NCBI GenBank assembly: GCA_964553825.1
Contig: CAZKLT010000007.1
Location: 1-56,670, forward strand
Length of the DNA: 56,670 bases
Direction: 5' to 3'
From: an uncultured Gammaproteobacteria bacterium
GTDB lineage: Bacteria > Patescibacteriota > Microgenomatia > UBA10105 > UBA927
Shown: positions 18,487-26,553 of the stretch, piece by piece
Layout of the letters: every line of letters starts with the position of its first letter
How positions within the stretch are numbered: the first letter of the stretch is position 1
Notes under the pieces: generated by a model
Database searches by the model: none
Seen by the model: the letters and a program-made list of their open reading frames with translations, nothing else
What the model was told of the DNA's origin: nothing
Made by a program: the position numbers and the translations under genes

Positions 18487-18987
18487 TTATCCCACGTCTC
18501 CGGGAGCGGGTGGTGGGCTTGTCGGCACCGATGGCACGTCAGGCGTCAGGCTTGGCCTGATTTCGGGCGTGGGCTGGTGCGCAAGGGGATACAGCAGGCG
18601 ACCGTTGCAGATAAGGAGGTCATACTCGATATATAGGTATGTTTCCTCACCATCAATATACACCTGCCCCAAAAGGAATCGGATGCGATTGACACCGTCT
18701 TCAACGGCAATGTCTTCAATCTCGTGGACCTCTCCTGCGTACCCGTCGGCGGTAATCGTATTGACTCCGTCGAACGTGAGCGTGAACCCGATCTGCTGGG
18801 CGATGGTAACGTCCAGACTGTTTTCCGAATTGGCCACCCAGCCGGCGCGATTTTCACATGTGAGGCCGTCGCTGGCATTGTTGAATTCTATCGTTTGATA
18901 GATGACCCCAATCGCGGTGGGTTGCGGGGACGCGCAGGATACAACGAGAAACAGAAGCAAAAGGGATGCGAAGCTGCGTTTCATCAT
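18487..18987 (-). CDS. Putative lipoprotein with Pro-rich C-terminus
   Basis: MMKRSFASLLLLFLVVS-C lipobox-like signal. Confidence 0.75.
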   Translation of the reverse strand: MMKRSFASLLLLFLVVSCASPQPTAIGVIYQTIEFNNASDGLTCENRAGWVANSENSLDVTIAQQIGFTLTFDGVNTITADGYAGEVHEIEDIAVEDGVNRIRFLLGQVYIDGEETYLYIEYDLLICNGRLLYPLAHQPTPEIRPSLTPDVPSVPTSPPPAPGDVG

Positions 18988-19180
18988 GGGCTCTTTTCTG
19001 TAAGGTGATCCACTAGTCGTGTTTCTTCATGTCAAAGAACGTTTTTGTTTGTCGTGTGGTTTCCCGCTTGTAGGTTGCTACGACGGACAAAAAAGGCCCG
19101 AAGGCCTGATGCGATTGTATCACGGCTATGCAGATCGGGCATCCTGGGGTATACTGTGGTGATTATCGAAGGAGGATCGT

Positions 19181-19603
19181 ATGCGTGAACAAACTGTTGT
19201 TTTAGTAAAACCGGATGGATATGCGAAAAAAGTAGTCGGGCAGGTGATAGACCGTTTTGAGCGGGCAGGGCTTGACCTGGTAGCGCTGAAGATGGTGCGG
19301 CTTACCGAAGAAATTCTCAGGACATGGTATGCCCATCATGCCGATAAACCCTTTTTCCCTTCACTCGTTGCCGATATGATGGCGACTCCTGTGGTGGCGA
19401 TGGTGGTGGCAGGGGAGGGAGCAATCCAGAAAGTATTTGATATCTGCGGTCCCACAGATCCTGCAGAAGCTCAGCCTGGCACGATCCGTCGTGATTTCGG
19501 TGAATCCAAGCCCAAGAATGTCGTCCACAGAAGCGATTCAAAAGAGGCCGCAGCGAAAGAAATAGGGCTACTTTTCAGGCCGGAAGAGCTATTTCAAAGC
19601 TAA
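19181..19603 (+). CDS. ndk: Nucleoside diphosphate kinase
   Basis: VLVKPDG, HHADKPFF, GPTDPAEAQPGTIRRDFG, NVVHRSDS; GGAGG SD. Confidence 0.97.
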   Translation: MREQTVVLVKPDGYAKKVVGQVIDRFERAGLDLVALKMVRLTEEILRTWYAHHADKPFFPSLVADMMATPVVAMVVAGEGAIQKVFDICGPTDPAEAQPGTIRRDFGESKPKNVVHRSDSKEAAAKEIGLLFRPEELFQS

Positions 19604-19610
19604 GCTTTGA
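19594..19610. repeat. REP palindrome TCAAAGCTAAGCTTTGA (overlaps ndk stop)
   Basis: 8-bp arms around one central base; four copies in window. Confidence 0.85.
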
Positions 19611-19634
19611 TTTTATTTAGATTGTTCTGACGGG

Positions 19635-20270
19635 CTAGAGAAACAAGGTATCCTCAATTTTCCCATTGTCCGTCTGCTTGAGAATTTGGGCATATGCGAT
19701 CTGATCGATCGTGAATTGTTTGTAGTCCCATGCGGTGGCAAACGACGACAATATTGCCTTCGTGTTGCAGAGTGGACGCACTTCAATATCCACATAGTCA
19801 CGATATGATGACCATTTCCACTCTTCGGGCGACTGAGTTATGTGGGCGATGACGGGATTAAGATGTATATATCGAGAAACATGAAGGAGGAGTTCATCTG
19901 ATTCGATCAATTTTGCCTTGAATGTATATTCAAATAATCTCCCGCTTCTATGAAGGTTAAGATTGAAAAATTTCGTGTAGCTCGTGTTGAGTTTATGCAT
20001 GAATTCCGTAATACCATTGTCTGCCTTTTGTTTTATGAGGAAATGATAATGGTTCGGCATAAGGCAGTAGCATAAAACATCTATCTTCGTGTTCAAAGCT
20101 AAGCTTTGATTGTAGGAAAGGCGCGGTGTGGCGCTGCCTGTTTTGAGGATTGACCGGATTGTCGCAATGAAGCGAAGATAATGTCCGTAGCGTTGAAAAA
20201 TTATTCGTTTGTCAACGCCGCGGTTATAGATGTGATAATAGCCGTTGGTAAAAAACGGGGCGGGCCTCAT
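19635..20270 (-). mobile_element. REP-associated tyrosine transposase (RAYT / Y1 HUH, IS200-like fold), 211 aa
   Basis: YYHIYNRG, YCLMPNHYHFLI (HUH), SRYIHLNPV (Tyr), WKWSSY; flanked by REPs. Confidence 0.9.
20093..20109. repeat. REP palindrome inside the RAYT coding sequence
   Basis: TCAAAGCTAAGCTTTGA, read as QSLAL in the protein. Confidence 0.85.
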
Positions 20271-20300
20271 CCAGGAAGATTGTATCGCGGCGCTAGAAAA

Positions 20301-20321
20301 ATTCAAAGCTTAGCTTTGAAT
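20301..20321. repeat. REP palindrome upstream of RAYT
   Basis: ATTCAAAGCTTAGCTTTGAAT. Confidence 0.85.
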
Positions 20322-20335
20322 GTGGGCTTCAAGGG

Positions 20336-22759
20336 TCATACCTGCTCCGAGACCTTGCGACCCTGAATTTCATACAGGTAGTCGGCGATATGGTAGGCAA
20401 GTTCTCTATAGAGGGCGAGCGCATCGGGCGGTGTCGATTCCTGATGTTGAATCATCAGTTGCAGATGGTCTACCAGCCGTTGCGTTGCGGTACGCGCCTC
20501 TGTCCAATTTTTGTGGGGGAGCCGCAGGCTGTTTTCCATAACTTCCTGTGCAAATTCGCTCATGCCCATGGCGGACAGCGCATTCCTGTGGTGCATGACA
20601 TGCATCAGGTTGCGTTGTAACAGAACACCCATCGCCGTTTCCATGGGGAGTTTCTCCCCATTTTGGTATGGACGCGTATCGATAGGCAGGCCCGTCGATG
20701 TCAAAAAGGTATCGCTGATCGTCGTCGGGGCGTGGTCAATGACGGACATCAGGGCGTAGTAACGGGAGAAAATCGACGCAATTTTGGATACCGGTTTGGA
20801 ATCAAGAATTGTTTGAGCATCACCATTGGCAGAAAACCGTTCTTCGATGGCGGACTGAAGCGGAAATACTTCCTTGTGGGCGATAAACGTCCAACCGTTT
20901 TCCGCGAAAAATCTGCCGATCAGTTTGCGCAGTTTCATTCGGGCACGTTTCAGGTGCCATTCATGGGCCGGGTCCCGAACCGACAATACGCGTTCGAGAA
21001 GCGGGTGATACACCTCGATGGACGCGTTTTGCCTGAGTGCACGCTGGACTTCCATCAGATACGGGGTAGGCTTGCGTAGCATCCGTTGCACGGAAGATCC
21101 CGATAACCAGTCGGCAATAATCGTTTTATACAAATCGACATCTTTGGTTTGCAGCGTATGAATGATTTTCTGATGTTGCTCAAAAAGATAATGATCTTCT
21201 CCGGGTAGGGAGAATACCGGAATATCAAGGTCAAACAGCGCAACAAACTGTTTTTCCGGATTGAGAATAATATCAGACTGGGCGATGACGGCGGCGATAC
21301 GCCGCTGGGCGATAATTTTCTGGAGCACTGCGCGGTTGCCATTGACCAGGTCGCGCATGTCAGGGGCGCGATTGAGATCCCGGACACACTGGGCGACATA
21401 GAGCGGATCCAGATGCATCTGCGCCATATGGGCGGCAAGTTCATACAGATGCCGCGCGTTGGGTGTGAAGAATTTGTTGTGGGCGAGTTTCACCACGCCC
21501 GCGAGTTCTCCGGCGCGCATGGTGCTGTAGGGGATCAATTTGTTGGCACCCAGTTTCAGCAGGAATCCGCCCCAACCTCCGAGAAGCGGCACGGCACTGC
21601 GATCCTGTTTGGCGCCGCTGGTAACCGGCGTATTAAGGAGGTAAAAGATATCCAGCCGTTCATCAAGGGCGTAATCTTCGGCCAAAAGTTCCGGAAGGAA
21701 CGCGTCTTCGTCCAGGGCGATGGCAAAGGCAATTTCGCCACCCATAGAGTGGCCGTTAAGCATGAGATGCTGGATGTTCTGGTGGTCTTTGTCCTGTCGC
21801 GCGCGTTTGCGGTTCGTGATATAGGAAAGCAGTTCTCGGGTGGCATGCTTCACCTGGTTCTTCCCGTGTTCCTCCAGGTGATAGCCGTAGACGCCCCACA
21901 TGCGGTCGTTGACGCGGGTTTTTTCGCTGCCCATGATCGACAGAATCGCCTTCACCCGGTGGGAACTGGCGTCTTCATCTGTCCATTTGATCATGGTGTT
22001 GCGGGCCGTTTGTTCGATGGCAATCGCGCTGCCGCCGAACCCATGCCACTCAATATCCAGTCCGTTTGCCTGACGCATCTTCCGGTCGAGGATTTCCTGA
22101 GCTTCTTTGGCACGCATGGCTTGATCAAGGCGGTCAAATGAAGCGACGCCGTATTGGGGGAAAAGCACTTCGGGCGCATTCTTGCGGACGTTTGCTTCTG
22201 TGAGAAATTCGGTAACGCCTCTGAGACGGGCATCCAGATCTGTGGCTTCATTGCGGGTGAGGGAGAGGAGTATTTTCCCGGTCGTACCGCGTGCGCCGAA
22301 TGCATCGATATCGTCTTTGGTCTGATGGGCCATGCCGATGTCGACCGCGAGGATGGATGTCGTCATGTCAAGCTGCGCGTCGTAGGCTTCAAAACCCGAA
22401 TGTGATTGATTCCGGAGCATATCCTGGATCCACAGATGCCGCCGGCCGAATGCTTCTTTCATGGCTTCAGCGCTGTAATCCATGGGGGCAGACTCCCGGT
22501 CAAACCGGCGTGTGGTCGCGTCCATGGTTGCTGGTCGTTCTTCAGCTGCCATAATCTCAAATACCCCGCTTCGTGCGGGGGCCTCTGCTTTTGTATTGTA
22601 AATCCTCAGGCCCCAAATCGTTTTGGGAACTGGGGATTCAAAGGGAGACAGCAGGCGTTGTAAGAGAAATGATTCATCGTGAGATGAGATTTCTACAAAC
22701 AAATCCTGTTTGTCACGCGTCCAATGAATCTTCCATCTTACTCCCGGGGGAGCCGCCAC
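20336..22759 (-). CDS. Large protein with alpha/beta-hydrolase domain (807 aa)
   Basis: MLNGHSMGG nucleophile elbow (S338), AQSDIIL (D496), GEDHYLF (H523). Confidence 0.7.
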   Translation of the reverse strand: MAAPPGVRWKIHWTRDKQDLFVEISSHDESFLLQRLLSPFESPVPKTIWGLRIYNTKAEAPARSGVFEIMAAEERPATMDATTRRFDRESAPMDYSAEAMKEAFGRRHLWIQDMLRNQSHSGFEAYDAQLDMTTSILAVDIGMAHQTKDDIDAFGARGTTGKILLSLTRNEATDLDARLRGVTEFLTEANVRKNAPEVLFPQYGVASFDRLDQAMRAKEAQEILDRKMRQANGLDIEWHGFGGSAIAIEQTARNTMIKWTDEDASSHRVKAILSIMGSEKTRVNDRMWGVYGYHLEEHGKNQVKHATRELLSYITNRKRARQDKDHQNIQHLMLNGHSMGGEIAFAIALDEDAFLPELLAEDYALDERLDIFYLLNTPVTSGAKQDRSAVPLLGGWGGFLLKLGANKLIPYSTMRAGELAGVVKLAHNKFFTPNARHLYELAAHMAQMHLDPLYVAQCVRDLNRAPDMRDLVNGNRAVLQKIIAQRRIAAVIAQSDIILNPEKQFVALFDLDIPVFSLPGEDHYLFEQHQKIIHTLQTKDVDLYKTIIADWLSGSSVQRMLRKPTPYLMEVQRALRQNASIEVYHPLLERVLSVRDPAHEWHLKRARMKLRKLIGRFFAENGWTFIAHKEVFPLQSAIEERFSANGDAQTILDSKPVSKIASIFSRYYALMSVIDHAPTTISDTFLTSTGLPIDTRPYQNGEKLPMETAMGVLLQRNLMHVMHHRNALSAMGMSEFAQEVMENSLRLPHKNWTEARTATQRLVDHLQLMIQHQESTPPDALALYRELAYHIADYLYEIQGRKVSEQV

Positions 22760-22879
22760 ATACTCACCGTTTGGCTACAGGCCAAAAACGTGTATACGTC
22801 ATGAGTAATGACGACTCCCTTTGGGAGGAGAAGAGGGAACACCTTCAGTCGGGGGCCGCTACCCAACGTCGGGTGAATC

Positions 22880-23626
22880 CTACGGGATAGGTGTTTCGGT
22901 TGGGATGAGTCGAGGCAAGACCTGTATATGGACATACTTGTCCACACCGATGATCTCACCGTACTCGATCATGGGTTCGCCGTTGAAGCTTGTGAACGCG
23001 GAGCGCTGTGCAACAATGGCGAGTTCTTTCTTGATGACCTGAATTTTGAATTTCCAGACCGTTCCCATGATCCAGCCGTGGTCGTCCTCACCGCTTATCG
23101 TGCTCAATTCGTATTGGGCAATACCAGTGGCATTGCGAACTTCAATGGCGCAGTAGTTAGCGACAACTTCTGCGGTATTCGCATCCAGGAATCGGACGCG
23201 AATCTTGAGCATTGAGGGTTTGCGCGGGCAGTTGGCAGAAGTAAACGCCAGGAGCCGCGAGGTTTCCTCAGCAGACAGAGGAGAGGTCATGATTTGAGTT
23301 GCCGTGGGTTCCACTGTGTTCGTGGAGCTTGCGGCCATCGTTGCGGTCGGCGTTTGCGGCACGATCGTAACGGTTGCGTTATTCAGCGTCGGAACTGGTG
23401 TCCGGGTCGCTGTCACCTGCGGGCTGGTTGAAGCTACAGGCGATTCCGTCGCTGTCGTGCTGGGGGTCGCGGTGTCGGGGGCAAGAAGCTCATGAATGAG
23501 CGACAAATTGCCGCCGATGGTGCCGGTAACCACCAGGCAGAGCAGGATGCCGATGATCCATGGCCACACTTTGCGGCCGTGGAATAAACGGTGACGGATG
23601 GGGATGGTTTTTTGGGACAGATTCAT
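22880..23626 (-). CDS. Membrane-anchored protein with Thr/Pro-rich linker (248 aa)
   Basis: AGGAG SD before MNLSQK; TM WPWIIGILLCLVVTG; TATP repeats. Confidence 0.8.
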   Translation of the reverse strand: MNLSQKTIPIRHRLFHGRKVWPWIIGILLCLVVTGTIGGNLSLIHELLAPDTATPSTTATESPVASTSPQVTATRTPVPTLNNATVTIVPQTPTATMAASSTNTVEPTATQIMTSPLSAEETSRLLAFTSANCPRKPSMLKIRVRFLDANTAEVVANYCAIEVRNATGIAQYELSTISGEDDHGWIMGTVWKFKIQVIKKELAIVAQRSAFTSFNGEPMIEYGEIIGVDKYVHIQVLPRLIPTETPIP

Positions 23627-23842
23627 TAGGTTGCTCCTCTCCGTGGGGTTACCCCCTTGGAAAAATAAAATGGGTTTGAGTACAAAACGTGCACACAAGC
23701 AGGAATAGGATATTCCAGCCTCGGTGCACGCTTCGACTCAGCCAGATGGAGCTTTGCGTGATTGTCTCCCTTTGTTAAAGAGCATGCTCGTCTCCGGTAG
23801 GCCGGGCCGCAAATCGGGCACGGTACCAGAAACAAGGATCCC

Positions 23843-23871
23843 AGTATACTATAAGCCTATAGTTTTGTCAA
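23843..23871 (-). promoter_or_regulatory. Sigma70 promoter
   Basis: TTGACA-17-TATACT with CTATAG in the spacer. Confidence 0.7.
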
Positions 23872-23917
23872 GTCGGCCTACTATAGTACGAAGGACGTGG
23901 GAGCGTTGTGTGACAAA

Positions 23918-26503
23918 TTACACGGGAGCCTGTTGTTGGAGCGTTTCGCTTATTTCATCTGCTGCGGCAAGTGCTACATCAAGAAACCGTTGTTCCATCT
24001 CAAGCGCGCCTGCAACACAAAGAATTTTGATGCCTTCAAAGAGTTGACGATTGCGCAGAAGTGCTTCTGTGAGAATAAGGGCAGAGGATATGCCTGTGGT
24101 GCTTGTGGGGCGATAGAGATCACGCCGGGCGACGATGCAGGCATCAAGCGCCTCCTGGGCTATCAGACGGAGACGGGCTTCCTCGGTTTGACTGCCTTGT
24201 CCCAACTGACGAGCAACGGCTTCTATAGCTGGGTTCATGACATTGGGGTCATAGATGCGTAAATTGTCGATAAATTCAGGTGTTGCTTTGTCCCGCATAT
24301 CAACAGACATGCTTGTGCCGTCTTTCCGCTTGAGCAGATGGGTGGCGATGCCGCCGGCGAAGGTGATTTCGCGATGCCAGGTTTCGGCAGAGGTAAATCC
24401 TGCCATAACGGCAACTTGTTTTTCTTCCGGTTTTCCTGACTGTTTTTCGACCGTTTCCGTGACCTGCGATGACCCCAAATGTGAATTCTGGATGCGCACG
24501 AGTGAGTTTTCAAATAATACCTCGTCGTTGGCTTCCATGAACATTTTCCGGGCCATGGCGGCGGTATTTTCCGCGATACCGCGGAATTTTTGCGTGGACT
24601 CCTGCAGTACGGTAAGTACGGTAAAATCAAGCAACCAATCCAGTCCATATTCTGTGGTCATGAGGCGAAATGCATCCTGCAAGGAAGCAGTCAGGTCATC
24701 GGGAGATACGTAGCCCTTCTCATTTGGTCTCCCAAAGACCCGGGCATTGGCATTTGCCGATTTGCGAAATGCATACGTGTTCATAGCGTGAACGATGGGG
24801 TCGGCCATGTTGGGCATGAGCCCCAGTTCAAGGCGGCCGCGCGTATCGCGGGGCAGCATACACACAGCCATGGGGCCGAAAAATTGGCGGGTTACAAGAT
24901 CGATGAATTTATTGCTGTTCATCTTCACTGCTACCAGGCGATTGAGCAGTGCTTTTTCGGCTTTCTTGTGTAAGGGATCACGGGCGAGGATGCTTCTGAC
25001 TTTGGCTTCCGCTTTCGTATACCACCTTCCGTTTATTGCGTCGGCAGCCCGGTCCAGTCGGGCAACCTGTTTGGGTGATAGCTCCGTATGCACCGTCAGA
25101 TCGGAAATGCCCAGGGCGTAGACAAGTTCATTGAGCGCTTTATTCTCCAGATAGTCAAGCTTCTGCGGTTCGCTTTGAAGATTGCTCTGGATCTTGTTTT
25201 TCAGCAGCCAAAGCCTGAACGGGGAGGGTATTTCATTAAATTGAACGGGGGGAAACCACTCGATTTCCAGCTCACGCGGAGGCGGCGTTTTGGTAGCGCC
25301 GACGGCGCGGGCGAGAGCAAGCGTCATTGCCTTGCCGGGAACGCCGTCCACTGACGCATGGCTCCAGTACAGCTCCACGCGGTTTTTGTCCAGGTTGTAG
25401 TGCATGTGGACGATGGACTGGCCATCTCGTGCGTGCTCAAAGAGTGCTGAATCAGGGGTGGCGGTACGGCCGACCGACATACTCATGAGCGGAGCGTCCT
25501 CTTTCAGGAATTTTCGCTTGAGCTTGGGCTTCGTCGGGACGGTGTTCCATGTATACTCACCCCCAAACGCATTGTCTTCATGAGCCTGTATGAGCCCATT
25601 GAAGATTTCCGGCGGCAGCGCTTCCAGCTTGTCTAACGGGATATCGGCATACTGCAGGCTGTTGGTCTGAGGGTTTTCGCGGAAAATGCGCACCGGCATA
25701 GTGCGAAACGTGCCGAATTCACGATAATGCGTTTTGCCGTCTATGGTGCGGGTAAGTACGTCAATGGGAGCCGCTTGTTCAGCATACGAATGCCGGATTG
25801 TCCGCAGATGTTTCTGATCCCAGAGTTCGCCGTTTTGCGCTTGCCCAAGGTGTGTCCGCGCATCATCCTGGACGCTCTGGCGTCCGGTGGTGTCGGGTGG
25901 GGCAGGATGGTAAGGTATCTGCTCAGTGGCATGTTCCAGCGCGTTCTGGGCGAAGATAAGCGACCCCTGTGCCGCCAGTTGCTGAAGCTCCAGTGTGCCG
26001 CCGGTTTTCGTGGGGTGGTCGGGTACCAGCAGTGTGCGCCATGTGCCACCGCGACCGGCGAGCGTTTCCAGAATTCTCGTCGATTTTTCATCTTTTGCCT
26101 CTTTGCTTTGGCGTACGATGGAGCCGTTCCAGGAATACCGGGGATCGGCTTCATCGCCCAGGACATATTTCTCTATAACGACGATTGCTTCGCGGATGAA
26201 ATCATCTGAAATACCGGATTCATCGATATGGTTGATTTTGCAATATTGGGAGAACAAAATGCTGGCAACGTGGTTCTGGCGGTCTTCGTTTAACACCAGA
26301 TCATCGTTGAGGAGCACCATGCTCTGCTTGAGCATGGTGATATTGGAGAATGTCCCATCCGTATCGCCCTGCTGCAGTTCATCAGCGTGACGCATAAGCC
26401 AGCGGATGGCTGCCCGGTCCGTGGAAAGATCTTCGTAATACGGGTCTGTTTCCGGCGGCGCACTGGCCGTCGCTTCTATGATGACATCTTGTTCTGGGGG
26501 CAT
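23918..26503 (-). CDS. Large hypothetical protein with HxxxDG acyltransferase-like motif (861 aa)
   Basis: VELYWSHASVDGVPG (H382...D386G). Confidence 0.6.
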   Translation of the reverse strand: MPPEQDVIIEATASAPPETDPYYEDLSTDRAAIRWLMRHADELQQGDTDGTFSNITMLKQSMVLLNDDLVLNEDRQNHVASILFSQYCKINHIDESGISDDFIREAIVVIEKYVLGDEADPRYSWNGSIVRQSKEAKDEKSTRILETLAGRGGTWRTLLVPDHPTKTGGTLELQQLAAQGSLIFAQNALEHATEQIPYHPAPPDTTGRQSVQDDARTHLGQAQNGELWDQKHLRTIRHSYAEQAAPIDVLTRTIDGKTHYREFGTFRTMPVRIFRENPQTNSLQYADIPLDKLEALPPEIFNGLIQAHEDNAFGGEYTWNTVPTKPKLKRKFLKEDAPLMSMSVGRTATPDSALFEHARDGQSIVHMHYNLDKNRVELYWSHASVDGVPGKAMTLALARAVGATKTPPPRELEIEWFPPVQFNEIPSPFRLWLLKNKIQSNLQSEPQKLDYLENKALNELVYALGISDLTVHTELSPKQVARLDRAADAINGRWYTKAEAKVRSILARDPLHKKAEKALLNRLVAVKMNSNKFIDLVTRQFFGPMAVCMLPRDTRGRLELGLMPNMADPIVHAMNTYAFRKSANANARVFGRPNEKGYVSPDDLTASLQDAFRLMTTEYGLDWLLDFTVLTVLQESTQKFRGIAENTAAMARKMFMEANDEVLFENSLVRIQNSHLGSSQVTETVEKQSGKPEEKQVAVMAGFTSAETWHREITFAGGIATHLLKRKDGTSMSVDMRDKATPEFIDNLRIYDPNVMNPAIEAVARQLGQGSQTEEARLRLIAQEALDACIVARRDLYRPTSTTGISSALILTEALLRNRQLFEGIKILCVAGALEMEQRFLDVALAAADEISETLQQQAPV

Positions 26504-26553
26504 ACGAACTCTCTATGAGTATTGTACGCAAAAAACGGGACAATACCAACAGG

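Noticed and set aside
18449-19033. 11-bp inverted repeat (GACATGAAGAA) flanking the lipoprotein gene as a MITE/TIR element
   Set aside because: No target-site duplication or second copy; length compatible with chance
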